DNA from: Salinibacteraceae bacterium
GTDB taxonomy: Bacteria; Bacteroidota; Rhodothermia; Rhodothermales; Salinibacteraceae
DNA: 64,000 nt
Direction: 5' to 3'
NCBI GenBank assembly: GCA_965215025.1
Contig: CBDCCV010000001.1
Coordinates: 234,619 to 298,618 of the forward strand
In this document: positions 20,809-31,352 of the stretch, in pieces
How the letters are laid out: each line of letters begins with the position of its first letter
Numbering within the stretch: position 1 is the stretch's first letter
The notes under the pieces: generated by a model
Databases searched by the model: none
What the model was told of the DNA's origin: nothing
The model's input: the letters and a program-made list of their open reading frames with translations, nothing else
Translations under genes and position numbers: made by a program

Positions 20809-21908
20809 TAGCTCGCCTTCCTCTTTTTGCCCACGTGGTGGCTCTGGACGGACTTCAGCTACTACGGCGACCTCTTCGACACGGACGACGTCGTGTACCG
20901 GCTGGCGCTCTTTGCCGCCATGTTCGGCGTGGTGGCCATCAGCCGCGTGGCGCCGCGCGTGGCAGAGGGCGAGGCGGCGTGGGGCGCGCTGGTGTTTGCG
21001 GGGATGTACGCCGTGCTCACGGCGCTCTACGCCCGCGCCTACAAGCCGAACCCTCGGTTGCGCCCGCTCACGCGGCGGTACGTCGTGGCGATGGCCGTGG
21101 CGGCGGCGCTCTACGGCGTCAGCTTTTTCGCCGAGCCGCCGTGGCGGTACGCCCTCTGGGGCGCGGCCGTCTTCGTACCGATGGCGAACTCGCCCCTCGC
21201 GTATTACCAGCTTCCGGACCTGCTGAGCCAGCTCTCGCACATGCCCGAGCGCTCCGGCCTCTTCATGATCATCGCGCTGGGCGAATCGGTCGTGGCTGTG
21301 ACCGAGGGGATTGCCGAGGTGCCGTGGACGCCGCGCGTCGTGGGCGTGAGCGTGACCGGCTTCGCGCTTGGGGCGGCGCTGCGGTGGACGTACTTCATCC
21401 GCGACGACTCCTCGGCGCTGAGCACGGCGCTCGAAGGGGGCTGCCGGGCGCTCGTGCGCTCGCACGTCTACGGATACGCGCACTACTTCGCCTACGCCGG
21501 GGTGGTGGCGGCGAGCGTGGGGGTGGAAGAGGCGATCCTGGCCGTGGGCGAGGGGCACCACCTGGAGGCGGCGGGGCGGTGGGCGCTCGGCGGCGGCACG
21601 GCCGTGGCGCTCTCAGGGATGGCCGTTATCCACCGCGCGGCGGCGATGCCGCTCCCGGCGCGCGCCTTCGCCGTTAGGCTCGGCGGCGCCGGCCTGCTTG
21701 TGGCGCTCGTGGTCCTGCCGCTGGGTCTGCCGGCTGCCGGGCTGCTCCTCGCCGTGAGCGGCCTCGTGCTCGCGCTGGCCGTTTTCGAGACGTCTGTGCT
21801 CCCGCACCCGGACGCGCTGCCGGACGAGGCCGCCGCCGCCGAGCGTGCAGAGGGGACCGACGGCCAGGCCTGAAACGCAGGGCGGCAGCGCGCGCTGGGC
21901 GCGATCCG

Positions 21909-22397
21909 CTACGCCAGCGCCACGTAGAGCCAGCGCAGGAGCCACGCGATAACGGCAAGCGCGCCGAGGATGAGCATCAGCAGGGCCACGGCGATGCCGG
22001 CAGCAATCGTGCGGCTCGCGCGGGCCGTCTCCCGCGGATCGTCGAGGTAGCTTTCCAGAAGGTCCACGTTGCGCTCGTTGGCCTTGAACGCGGCGTCGAA
22101 GAGGTCGCCGAGGACGGGCACGGCGCCTACGACCGTTTCGATGAGCACGTTGAGCACCATCCGAAAGAACACCGCCTTCGAGACGCCGATGCGCACGGCT
22201 TCCACGAGCACATAGCTCGACAGGAGCGCCCCGAGCGCGTCGCCGACGCCGGGGACGAGGCCGATGACGGCGTCCACGCCCACGCGCCGGCCGATGAGCG
22301 GGAGCGGGATCGAGTCGTCCAGGAACCAGGCGTAGCGGCGCAGGCGCCGGCGGGCTTCGTCGTTGGCGTGCTTGGGCGAAGCGGGGCGGCGGGCCAT
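21909..22397 (-). CDS. DUF4112-like small membrane protein
   Basis: MARRPASPKHANDEARRRLRRYAWFLDDSIPLPLIGRRVGVDAVIGLVPGVGDALGALLS motif. Confidence 0.6.
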   Translation of the reverse strand: MARRPASPKHANDEARRRLRRYAWFLDDSIPLPLIGRRVGVDAVIGLVPGVGDALGALLSSYVLVEAVRIGVSKAVFFRMVLNVLIETVVGAVPVLGDLFDAAFKANERNVDLLESYLDDPRETARASRTIAAGIAVALLMLILGALAVIAWLLRWLYVALA

Positions 22398-22628
22398 ACG
22401 CGCGGGAAGCAAGAGCGGAAAGAAAACGGCTCTGGCCCTACGGTAACGATCCGGCGGCAGAAGTGAAAGGCCGAGCGGCAGTTATTCGCGGTCCCGCATC
22501 GGCCTGGTTTTTCTGTCGTGCAACACGCATTCGCGGCGGACGAATTTTTGCCTTTCGCGTTTTCGTCCGCGTTCGTTCCTTGCGCTGTGTCCCTTCTTTC
22601 GAACCTTACCTTTGCGGAGGTGCCCGCC

Positions 22629-24101
22629 ATGCAACGACTGCTTCTTGCCACCCTCTTCGTCGCGCTCGCGCTGCCGGGCGCGGCGCTCGCCCCGAGCGTT
22701 TTCGCCCAGAGCATCCCGGTCAAGACCGTGCCGGTGGCCGAGGGCGATCAGTTCCTCCTCTTCCCCTCCCAGAACGAGAGCATGGGCGGCGTCTCCATCG
22801 CCTTAGAAGACCCCCTAGCCGATCCGTTCGTGAACCCGGCCAAGGGCATCCGCACCGAGGGCGCGCACGTCTCCCTCGCGCCGGTGTACTACGGCTTCTC
22901 GGCCGATCAGGCCGCCATGGACGACGGCTCCGGCCGCACGCTGCCGATGAGCGCGCTCGCACGAAGCGGGCATTACTTCGGCGGGGCGGCGCTGGCGTGG
23001 CAGGAGCTGGTCTTGCCGCAACTCGAAAACGGCTGGCTCCCACAGCCGGCGCGCGAGGCCGAGCGCTCGCAGGACAACCTCTACGCCTTTGGCATGGGCG
23101 GCTTGCAGATCCCCGGCACGAACCTCTCGGTGGCGGCCAGCGCCTTGGTGGCGCGCCTGAACGGCATCGAGGGCGTGCGGATGCTCTACGCGCAGGGCAG
23201 CCAGGTGGACCAGTCCGGCACGATGGGCCTCTACCGCCTGGGCCTCTACCGCCACTGGACCGACGGGCGCTCGGCCGAGGCCGTCTTCATGCACCACCGC
23301 TTCTCGATGGAGCACGACATGCTCGAATGGCAGGGCGGCGACGGCTGGGAACGCGAGGGCACCTGGGCCGAGCGCACCGAGGAAGACCGCACGCTCGGCT
23401 GGGCGCTGCGCCTCGGCTACCAGCACCCGCTCTCTAACGGCTGGCGCCTCGGCGCGCAGGCCACCGGCGACTGGAAGTGGCACCCGAAGATCCCCAACTA
23501 CGACCTCATGCAGATCCCGCGCGATCCGGGCCGCTCCGAGGCGTACAACATCGGCATCGGCGTGGCGCGCAAGGTGGGGCCAGCGGCGTTCGGTCTCGAC
23601 CTCATCTACGAGCCGATCTGGAGCCACACCTGGGCCGACGCGCTTGAAGACACCGAGACCAACGCCGGCGGCCTCGTCCGCGCCGGGCAGATGACCGTGG
23701 AGAACCACTTCCGCTTCCACAACGCCCGCCTGAAGATGGGCGCGCGGCGCGAGGCCGGGCGGTTCGACTTCGCCCTTGGCCTTGACGCGCACCGCATCCG
23801 CTACCACCTCGACCAGCAGAACTTCGTGCAGGTCTTCGAGCGCGAGATGGAGGAGAGCTGGACGGAGTGGACGTTCACGACGGGCCTGGGCCTGCGCTTC
23901 CCCGAGTTCACCGTCCGCTACCAGGGCGCCCTGACGCTGGGCACGGGCCAGCCCTCCACGCGCCGGTTCGTGGCCGAGACGGCGGACTTCGCCATGGCCG
24001 CCCGCGCCGACTACATCATCGCGCCCAACGGCGCCTTGACGCTCGACGAGGCGCGCGTGTTCACGCACCAGGTCTCCGTCACCGTGCCGCTGACGCGCTG
24101 A
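22629..24101 (+). CDS. secreted/outer-membrane hypothetical protein (490 aa)
   Basis: Signal peptide MQRLLLATLFVALALPGAALAPSVFAQ; aromatic/Gly-rich beta-rich composition. Confidence 0.65.
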   Translation: MQRLLLATLFVALALPGAALAPSVFAQSIPVKTVPVAEGDQFLLFPSQNESMGGVSIALEDPLADPFVNPAKGIRTEGAHVSLAPVYYGFSADQAAMDDGSGRTLPMSALARSGHYFGGAALAWQELVLPQLENGWLPQPAREAERSQDNLYAFGMGGLQIPGTNLSVAASALVARLNGIEGVRMLYAQGSQVDQSGTMGLYRLGLYRHWTDGRSAEAVFMHHRFSMEHDMLEWQGGDGWEREGTWAERTEEDRTLGWALRLGYQHPLSNGWRLGAQATGDWKWHPKIPNYDLMQIPRDPGRSEAYNIGIGVARKVGPAAFGLDLIYEPIWSHTWADALEDTETNAGGLVRAGQMTVENHFRFHNARLKMGARREAGRFDFALGLDAHRIRYHLDQQNFVQVFEREMEESWTEWTFTTGLGLRFPEFTVRYQGALTLGTGQPSTRRFVAETADFAMAARADYIIAPNGALTLDEARVFTHQVSVTVPLTR

Positions 24102-24127
24102 GCGCCCGGCGGTTTTCTGTGCAGAAG

Positions 24128-24172
24128 AAAGCGCCGCGCAGCCTCCTCCGGGTGACGCGGCGCTTTCCGTTT
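24128..24172 (+). terminator. Rho-independent terminator (10-bp perfect stem AAGCGCCGCG/CGCGGCGCTT + T-rich tail), followed by GACGAC-palindrome cluster 24174-24248
   Basis: Read directly downstream of stop at 24099-24101. Confidence 0.6.
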
Positions 24173-24335
24173 GGTGACGACCGGCGAAGGAAGACCGACG
24201 ACCTCGAAGCGCGCACGTCGTCCATCGTCCGTCGTCCGTCCGTCGTCGGCGTGCCCAGCGAACACGGCGCGCGGATGGCGTGTTAACGTTTTCGCAATCC
24301 GCCCATCATCCGTACGCAGCTTTCGAGGACAGAGC

Positions 24336-25169
24336 ATGGCAGAGCAGATCTACCAGACGATCCAGGGCGAAGAGGTGCCGGCGCTGGGCCTGGGCACGTG
24401 GAAGCTTGACGGCGAGGCCTGCCGCCGGGGCGTGGCCGAGGCGCTGGAGATGGGCTACCGCCACATCGACACGGCGCAAGTCTACGAGAACGAGGCCGAG
24501 GTCGGCCAAGGCCTCCAGGACGCCGCGGGCGTGGACCGCGACGACGTGTTCCTCGTCACTAAAATCTGGCCGGAGAACTTGGCGCCGGGCAACGTGCGCG
24601 CCTCAGCGGAGGAGAGCCTCAAAAAGCTCGGCACCGACTACGTGGACCTCTTACACGTGCACTGGCCGGCGGGCGCTTTCGAGATGGAAGGCACGATGGA
24701 GGCCATGAGCGCGCTGCGCGAGGCGGGCAAAGCGCGGCACCTGGGCGTGAGCAACTTCACGCCGGAGCTGGTGGAGGAAGCGCTCAGCCACGCGCCGCTC
24801 TTTGCCGTGCAGGTGGAGTACCACCCGTTCCTCTCGCAGCACGCGCTGGCGCGGACGGCGCGCGAGCACGACCTCCTCCTCACCGCCTACAGCCCGCTCG
24901 CGCGCGGCAAGGTGCTCGATGACGACCTGCTCCAGGCCATCGGCGATGCGCATGGGAAGACGGCGGCGCAGGTGGCGCTGCGCTGGCTCGTGCAGCAGAA
25001 TAAGGTGGCGGCCATCCCCAAGGCGTCCTCGACGGAGCACCGCCGCAGCAACTTCGACCTCTTCGACTTCGCGCTCTCGGACGAGGAGATGCAGGGCATC
25101 TTCGACCTCGCGCGCGGCGAGCGCATCATCCACCCGGACGACCTCGCCCCCGCCGCCTGGAGCGCTTGA
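24336..25169 (+). CDS. aldo/keto reductase (2,5-diketo-D-gluconate reductase-like)
   Basis: AKR motifs GLGTWK, HIDTAQVYENE, LHVHWP, IPKASSTEHRRSNFD. Confidence 0.88.
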   Translation: MAEQIYQTIQGEEVPALGLGTWKLDGEACRRGVAEALEMGYRHIDTAQVYENEAEVGQGLQDAAGVDRDDVFLVTKIWPENLAPGNVRASAEESLKKLGTDYVDLLHVHWPAGAFEMEGTMEAMSALREAGKARHLGVSNFTPELVEEALSHAPLFAVQVEYHPFLSQHALARTAREHDLLLTAYSPLARGKVLDDDLLQAIGDAHGKTAAQVALRWLVQQNKVAAIPKASSTEHRRSNFDLFDFALSDEEMQGIFDLARGERIIHPDDLAPAAWSA

Positions 25170-25217
25170 TCTTTTTTTGACCGCTGACCGCCGACGGCGG
25201 ACCTCTGCTGAAAAACG

Positions 25218-25772
25218 ATGGCGAAAAGCGCTGTCCATCTCGTCAACGCTGCGCTGCTGGCCGGTCTCTTCGCCGGGAGCGTGCTCGTCTTCGACACGCT
25301 GCCGGAGCGGATCCCTATGCACTTCGGCTGGGACGGCACGCCGGACCGCTTTGCCCAGACGACGTGGCTTTCGTGGCTGGCGCTGCCGCTCATCGCGCTG
25401 GCGACGGCGGCACTGTGCTACGGCTGCGCGTGGCTCATTGCTCAGGCGCCGGAGGCGGTGAACGTGCCCGGCTGCCAAGCCGAGTACGACGCGCTCTCCT
25501 CAGCCGGCAAGCAACAGATAGGCACGCTGGGACAGCGCTTCCTCTACTGGACGGCAGCGGGCACGACGGTGCTCTTCGCGGTGATACAGCGCGGCAGCTA
25601 CGCTGTGGCAACTGGCACGAGCGAACAGTTGCCGTCGTATGCGGGCGTTTGGGTCGCTGTCGTCTTCACGCTTGCCGTGATAGCGGGGGCGGTGTGGATC
25701 GGCCGGAAAACGCGGGCGGAGGTGAAGCGCCTCTACCGGCAGGAGCAGGACGCGCCACCGGCAGAGCCGTGA
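25218..25772 (+). CDS. DUF1648-like membrane protein
   Basis: TM helices; IPMHFGWDGTPDRFA motif. Confidence 0.55.
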   Translation: MAKSAVHLVNAALLAGLFAGSVLVFDTLPERIPMHFGWDGTPDRFAQTTWLSWLALPLIALATAALCYGCAWLIAQAPEAVNVPGCQAEYDALSSAGKQQIGTLGQRFLYWTAAGTTVLFAVIQRGSYAVATGTSEQLPSYAGVWVAVVFTLAVIAGAVWIGRKTRAEVKRLYRQEQDAPPAEP

Positions 25773-25842
25773 GCGCGTGCGCCGGTGGCGGGCCGTGGCT
25801 ATATTGGCGCGTGCTCGCCCTCTCCAACGTGCCACGCTGCCC

Positions 25843-26907
25843 ATGCCCTCCTGGCTCAAGACGACGTTCAGCCTCTTCAGTGAGACGTTCGCGGTGTGGC
25901 TCGAAGACGACGCGCCGAGCCTGGGCGCCGCGCTGGCGTACTACACCATCTTCTCGCTCGCGCCGCTTTTGGTCATCGTCATCGGTGTGGCGGGGATGGT
26001 GTGGAGGCAGTCCGACAGCGTGCGCGCCGACGTGATGCAGCAGGTAGGCGACCTCGTTGGGCCGGACGGGGCGGAGATGGTGGGCACCATGCTCGACAGC
26101 GCGAGCGGCCCCGGTGCCGAGAGCTTCTGGGCCACGCTCATCGGTGGGGCCGTGCTCCTCTTTGGCGCCACGACGGCGTTTGCGCAGCTCAAGGCCTCGC
26201 TCAACGTCATCTGGGGCGTGCGGCCCGACCCGGACCGCGGCTTCGTCAACCTGCTCCTGGCGCGCGTCCTCTCCTTTGGGCTGGTGCTCACCATCGGGTT
26301 CCTGCTCCTCGTCTCGCTCATCCTAAGCGCGGCGCTCTCGGCCCTGGACGCCTTTCTTACCGACCTCGCCTTCGGCACCGACGTGCTGATCCAGGCGGCG
26401 GGCTTCGTCATCTCGCTCGGCGTGGTGGTGGTGCTTTTCGCCCTCATCTTCAAGTACCTGCCCGACGCCGAGATCGAATGGCGCGACGTGTGGGTGGGCG
26501 CCTTTATCACGGCGCTCCTCTTCACGCTGGGGAAGTTCGCGCTGGGCGTCTACCTGGGGTCGAGCAGCGCGGCCTCGGCCTACGGCGCCGCCGGCTCGCT
26601 CGTGCTGCTCCTCATCTGGATCTACTACTCGGCGCAGATCCTCTTCTTCGGCGCGGCCTTTACGCGCGTCTACGCCCAGCGCTACGGCGCGCAGATCCGC
26701 CCCGCCAAGGGTGCCCTGCGCGCTGAAGACCTGGAAGACGAGGGGGAGCCGGCGGACGAGCACGAAGAGAAGAAGGCCGAGGTCGCGGCACCGGCGGAGC
26801 GCCGTGCCGCCGCGCCGAGGCAACGGCGTCCGCTGTGGAAGCGCGCCGCGCCGCTCGTGCTGGCCTTCTTCGTAGGACGCGCGCTGGGGCGGCGCGGCTC
26901 CTCCTGA
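25843..26907 (+). CDS. YihY/BrkB-family inner-membrane protein
   Basis: GAALAYYTIFSLAPLL signature; six TM segments; acidic/basic C-tail. Confidence 0.82.
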   Translation: MPSWLKTTFSLFSETFAVWLEDDAPSLGAALAYYTIFSLAPLLVIVIGVAGMVWRQSDSVRADVMQQVGDLVGPDGAEMVGTMLDSASGPGAESFWATLIGGAVLLFGATTAFAQLKASLNVIWGVRPDPDRGFVNLLLARVLSFGLVLTIGFLLLVSLILSAALSALDAFLTDLAFGTDVLIQAAGFVISLGVVVVLFALIFKYLPDAEIEWRDVWVGAFITALLFTLGKFALGVYLGSSSAASAYGAAGSLVLLLIWIYYSAQILFFGAAFTRVYAQRYGAQIRPAKGALRAEDLEDEGEPADEHEEKKAEVAAPAERRAAAPRQRRPLWKRAAPLVLAFFVGRALGRRGSS

Positions 26908-26936
26908 GCGCGGCGCGCGGCGTGCCTGCGGCGCTG

Positions 26937-27362
26937 CTACGCGCCGAGCGCGTCGGCGCCGGCCTGCGCCACCTCGTGGTCGTCCTCAACCACGCTGCCG
27001 CTGACGCCGATGGCGCCGATGACCTCGCCGCTGCCGTTCTTGAGCGGGAGGCCGCCGGGGAACGTGATCAGCCCGCCGTTGGAGTGCTCGATGTTGTAGA
27101 GCGAGCCGCCCGGCTGCGAGAGTTTCCCCACCTCACCCGTGGGCATGTCGAAGTAGCGCGCCGTCTCGGCCTTCTTGATGGCGATGTCGATGGAGCCGAG
27201 CCACGCCCCGTCCATGCGGACGAACGCCTTGAGGTTCGCACCCGCATCCACGACAGCGATGTTCATCTTCAGGTCCATCTCCTCGGCCTTGCGGCGCGCG
27301 GCGCTCATGACGGAGAGGGCCTGCTCGGTGCTGACGTCGGCTACGGTGTTGGCGTCGGGCAT
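26937..27362 (-). CDS. GlcG/HbpS-like heme-binding (DUF336) protein
   Basis: 141 aa from [15 protein letters not shown]; [13 protein letters not shown]...GGLPL motif of DUF336. Confidence 0.7.
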   Translation of the reverse strand: MPDANTVADVSTEQALSVMSAARRKAEEMDLKMNIAVVDAGANLKAFVRMDGAWLGSIDIAIKKAETARYFDMPTGEVGKLSQPGGSLYNIEHSNGGLITFPGGLPLKNGSGEVIGAIGVSGSVVEDDHEVAQAGADALGA

Positions 27363-27643
27363 GAGTTGGGGGTTTCGGGGATGGGCTGAGTGAAGGACAA
27401 CCGGCAGCGCGGCGACGGCAGCGCTTCGGGATGCGCCTTCAAGGATAGCCGGGCGAGCATCCCGAATCAAGCCGGCACGCGCCCCGGACGGCTGCGTGTT
27501 GCGGATGGCCGCGCGCTGCGAAGAGGCCGCCGGCGGAGCCTTTCAGGAAACCGCGTAAAGAAACTGTCTGTAGCGAAACGGCAGCCTCGCAGCGCTGATT
27601 GAAGACGCTCAGCCCGACCCCCACCACACGCCCCCCGCCGCGC

Positions 27644-28741
27644 ATGGCAACCAAGAAGTCCACCGCTGCGTCCAAAAAGGCCGCGCCCCAAGGCGGTGCG
27701 CTTGGCCCTAAGGCCTCGGCCCGCCGCGCCGGCTTGCGCTACGTCTCTGACGAGGAGCCGGGCCTGACGCGCAAACCTTGGGGCCGCGGCTTCACCTACC
27801 TCGACGCCGAGGGCAACCGCATCACCGACGAGGACGAGCGCGCGCGCATCGAGGCGCTGGCCATCCCCCCCGCCTGGACCGAGGTGTGGATCGCCGCCAC
27901 GCCAGACGCGCACCTGCTCTCCACCGGCCGCGACGACAAGGGCCGCAAGCAGTACATCTACCACCCCGAGTGGCAGGCCGCGCGCCAGCGGATGAAGTTC
28001 GACCGCCTCATCCTCTTCGCGCAATCGCTCTCGCAGCTGCGCGCGCGCTGCCGCCACGACCTCACGCTCGACGGCCTCCCGCGCGACAAGGTCCTCGCCG
28101 CCGTGGTCCGCCTCCTGGACCGCACGCTCATCCGCATTGGCGGGGACGAGTACGCGCAGGAGAACGACTCCTTCGGGCTGACGACGATGCGCCGCCGCCA
28201 CGTCCGCTTTGACAAAAAGGGCGCGTGCACGTTCAGCTTTGCGGGGAAGAGCGGCCAAGAGCACGAGATCCCGCTTGACGATCCCCTCCTCGCGCGCATC
28301 GTCCAGGACTGCTGCGACGTGCCGGGCTACGAGATCTTCGCCTTCTTTGACGAAGACGAGCAGAAGCACGACGTCAAGGCCAGCCACGTCAACGCCTACC
28401 TGCGCGAGACGACCGGCGAGGACTTCACCGCCAAGCACTTCCGCACGTGGGGCGGGACCGTGCGCGCGGCCACCTTCTTTCACGAGGCCGGCCCCGCCGA
28501 AGACGAGGACGCCGCCCAAAAGACCACCGTGGCGATGGTCAAGGCCGTGGCCGAGGCCCTGGGCAACACGCCCGCCGTCTGCCGCGACTACTACATCCAT
28601 CCCGCCATCACGGAAGGCTACGCCGAGGGCACGCTGCTCCCGGCCTGGCGCTCGTTTTTGGAGGAAGAGCCGGCCGCGCAGCTCGAGCCACCCGAACACG
28701 CCACGCTGAGCTTCCTCCGCGCCGGCGTGGTGAACGACTGA
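27644..28741 (+). CDS. DNA topoisomerase IB (poxvirus-type, bacterial TopIB)
   Basis: LRYVSDEEPGLTRK..., FGLTTMRRRHV, catalytic-region ...TAKHFRTWGGT...CRDYYIHP (Tyr active-site context). Confidence 0.8.
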   Translation: MATKKSTAASKKAAPQGGALGPKASARRAGLRYVSDEEPGLTRKPWGRGFTYLDAEGNRITDEDERARIEALAIPPAWTEVWIAATPDAHLLSTGRDDKGRKQYIYHPEWQAARQRMKFDRLILFAQSLSQLRARCRHDLTLDGLPRDKVLAAVVRLLDRTLIRIGGDEYAQENDSFGLTTMRRRHVRFDKKGACTFSFAGKSGQEHEIPLDDPLLARIVQDCCDVPGYEIFAFFDEDEQKHDVKASHVNAYLRETTGEDFTAKHFRTWGGTVRAATFFHEAGPAEDEDAAQKTTVAMVKAVAEALGNTPAVCRDYYIHPAITEGYAEGTLLPAWRSFLEEEPAAQLEPPEHATLSFLRAGVVND

Positions 28742-29036
28742 CGCGCCTCCGCTTCCATCAGGCGGCTGCCTGAAACGTCCGCGCTCCATCCGACAAGCAG
28801 GCCGAGGCCGGCTTCCCCGCAAACGCTGCTGGTGCTCCGCCGCGTGCCGCTCTGGTGCGCGGCTTTTCTTTGTGCCGGGCGCCCCGCCTTCTTTCCGATT
28901 GCGATGCGTCTCTTTTTCATTTCTTTACTTTGCAGAGGGAGGCAATCTCATTATTAAGTTTGACAGTTGACTACTTGAACCTTAAAATTAAAACTGAACT
29001 ATCCATCTTGCTTCACAAACCATTGCCAACGCCAGC

Positions 29037-30407
29037 ATGAAGCTCCGTTTCGTCACTGCCCTTGCTTTTGTTCTCGTCCTCAGCGCGGCGCCGGTGTGGG
29101 CGCAGGACGCCGCCACCGCCGAGGCCGTGCAGGTCAACCTCAACTACGTGTGGACGATCATCGCGGCGGCCCTCGTCTTCCTCATGCAGGCGGGCTTCGC
29201 GCTCTTGGAGACGGGCCTGACGCGCGCCAAGAACGCCGTCAACATCATCATGAAAAACGTGATGGACGCCTCGGCGGGCGCGCTCGCGTTCTTCTGCGTC
29301 GGCTTTGGGCTGATGTTCGGGCACACGACGGGCGGCTGGTTCGGCACGGACGGCTTTTTCCTGGCGGGCGTGACGGATCAGCCGGCCGAGTGGACGTACG
29401 CCTTCTTTTTCTTCCAAGCCGTCTTTGCGGCCACGGCGGCCACCATCGTCTCCGGCGCCGTGGCCGAGCGGGTGAAGTTCAGCGGGTACCTCATCTTCTC
29501 GGTGCTGGTGACGGCGCTGATCTACCCCGTCTTTGGGGCGTGGGCGTGGGGCGGCCTCTTCAACGGCGGCGGCTGGCTCGAAGCCTTGGGCTTTATCGAC
29601 TTCGCCGGCTCGACGGTGGTGCACTCGGTGGGCGGATGGGCCGCGCTCGCCGGCGCGATGGTCGTGGGGCCGCGCGCTGGGAAGTACGATGCCGAAGGGC
29701 GGCCCCGCAGCATCGAGGGGCACAGCCTGCCGTTGGCCGCGCTGGGCGTCTTCATCCTGTGGTTCGGATGGTTCGGCTTCAACGCCGGCTCGACCACCGT
29801 GGGCGACACGGCCATCGCGCTCATCGCCACGAACACGTTTCTGGCCGCCGGCGCGGGGGCCGTGGGCGCCATGACCATCACCTGGATTAAAAACGGGAAG
29901 CCCGACGCGGGCATGACGCTCAACGGCGTACTGGGCGGCTTGGTGGGGATCACGGCCGGCTGCGCGAACCTCGTCCCCGGCTTCGCCATCCTGACGGGCG
30001 CGGTGGCGGGCGTGGTCGTCGTCTTCGCCAGCGAGGTTATCGAGCGCTTCGTGGACGACCCCGTGGGCGCGGTGGCCGTGCACGGCGTGTGCGGTGCGTG
30101 GGGCACGCTCGCCGCCGGCCTCTTCGACGCGGGCGGGTTCAGCCTTCCTCAGCTTGGCGTGCAGGCCCTGGGCGTAGGCGCAGCGTTCTTGTGGGCCTTC
30201 CCGCTCTGCTACGTGCTTTTCAAGGGGATCGACCGGCTCGTGGGCGGGCTGCGCATCAACGGCGATCTGGAGAAGAGCGGACTCGATCTGCACGAGCACG
30301 CCGTCCGCGCCTACCCCGAGTTCGGCCGCCATCACGCCTCGGCGCGTGCGGAGCCGGCGCGTGCCGACGTCCGCGAGTACGAGAACGGCGAGGTCGTGGC
30401 GCCTTGA
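29037..30407 (+). CDS. amt: ammonium transporter Amt
   Basis: 456 aa; signal peptide; Amt signatures DFAGSTVVHSVGGWAALAGA, GWFGFNAGS, VHGVCGAWGTL. Confidence 0.93.
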   Translation: MKLRFVTALAFVLVLSAAPVWAQDAATAEAVQVNLNYVWTIIAAALVFLMQAGFALLETGLTRAKNAVNIIMKNVMDASAGALAFFCVGFGLMFGHTTGGWFGTDGFFLAGVTDQPAEWTYAFFFFQAVFAATAATIVSGAVAERVKFSGYLIFSVLVTALIYPVFGAWAWGGLFNGGGWLEALGFIDFAGSTVVHSVGGWAALAGAMVVGPRAGKYDAEGRPRSIEGHSLPLAALGVFILWFGWFGFNAGSTTVGDTAIALIATNTFLAAGAGAVGAMTITWIKNGKPDAGMTLNGVLGGLVGITAGCANLVPGFAILTGAVAGVVVVFASEVIERFVDDPVGAVAVHGVCGAWGTLAAGLFDAGGFSLPQLGVQALGVGAAFLWAFPLCYVLFKGIDRLVGGLRINGDLEKSGLDLHEHAVRAYPEFGRHHASARAEPARADVREYENGEVVAP

Positions 30408-30600
30408 CGCCCCAGGATCTGCGCCGACGGGAAGCACTGGAGCGGTCGCCTCTTTCGAGGGGCGGCCGCTTTGCTGTGCGGCGCGGTTTCGCTCATGCCT
30501 ACGGGCGGCACGCCACGGCGGATGCGCGTTGACCGGCAGCGTAACTTCGGCTATGTTGTGTGCGTACTGATCTTCGGACTCTAACTATTCTCCGGAGCTT

Positions 30601-31212
30601 ATGGACGCGATCTACCTCGTCTGCCTCCTTGTGGGCGGCTTTTTCGTCCTCCTCTCCGTCCTCGGCGGCGGCGACACCGATGCCGACGTGGACGCGGATT
30701 TCGATGCCGACTTCGACGCGGATCTGGACGCGGACGCCGGCGACTTCGACGGCGAGGCGGACGTGCACGCGCTCGATGCCGTGAGCGACGTCTCGGCCGG
30801 GCCGGGCTGGGTGGACCTTTTTACCATCCGCGCGCTCTTCCTCTTCATGGCTTTTTTCGGGCTGACGGGCGTCTTGCTCGACTGGATCGGCACCGAGGAA
30901 CCGATGGCGGCGGTCCTGGCCGCGCTCACGGGGCTGATCATCGGCCTCGGCGGCAACTACATCATCAAGACGGTGGGCTACCGCCACGTGTCGAGCAGCG
31001 TCACCACGCGCGATCTCAAAGGCACGACCGCCGAGGTGACGCTCCCCTTCGAGGGCGACGGCCTCGGCAAGGTGCGCCTCGTCGCGCGCGGGAACCGGGT
31101 GCAGCTGCGCGCTCGCTCGTTCGAGGCGGCCGACGGCCCCTTCGCCCCCGGCGACGAGGTCGTCGTCGTGCGCATGGACGGCTCCGTGGCCGAGGTAGTC
31201 AAGCCGGAGTGA
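30601..31212 (+). CDS. NfeD-like membrane protein (partner of flotillin/SPFH) with acidic (D-A-D-x) repeat
   Basis: TM helices + C-terminal OB-fold-like domain; directly upstream of flotillin gene. Confidence 0.7.
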   Translation: MDAIYLVCLLVGGFFVLLSVLGGGDTDADVDADFDADFDADLDADAGDFDGEADVHALDAVSDVSAGPGWVDLFTIRALFLFMAFFGLTGVLLDWIGTEEPMAAVLAALTGLIIGLGGNYIIKTVGYRHVSSSVTTRDLKGTTAEVTLPFEGDGLGKVRLVARGNRVQLRARSFEAADGPFAPGDEVVVVRMDGSVAEVVKPE

Positions 31213-31352
31213 TTGGGAACGGATGAGCGGATGACAGGAAGAAGGGACGCCACACAGATCTTCCGTTCACCCATCCCTCCTTCCCGGCCTAAAAACGCTC
31301 CCGCCCGGCCCGCTCCAACTCTCTATCCTGACTCAACATCGAGGCAAAGAAA

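Larger units (their letters stand above)
19468..21873 (+). pseudogene. ltrA: low-temperature-requirement LtrA-family membrane protein gene interrupted by IS630-like element
   Basis: 5' fragment 19468-19685 (ATWLELFFDLVFVVAIAGLAGLLREDLSLKGLA); 3' fragment from 20811 (LAFLFLPTWWLWTDFSYYGDLFD...). Matches the conserved LtrA N-terminal pattern across the insertion. Confidence 0.7.

Noticed and set aside
20785-21677. ORFs 20785..21561(-) and 20799..21677(+)
   Set aside because: Alternative frames of the ltrA 3' fragment. The WWLWTDFSYY frame matches the LtrA family.
22815-30437. Long antisense ORFs (22815..24068, 24651..25478, 27467..28822, 29013..30437 etc.)
   Set aside because: Opposite well-supported genes. 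R/A/G/P-rich.
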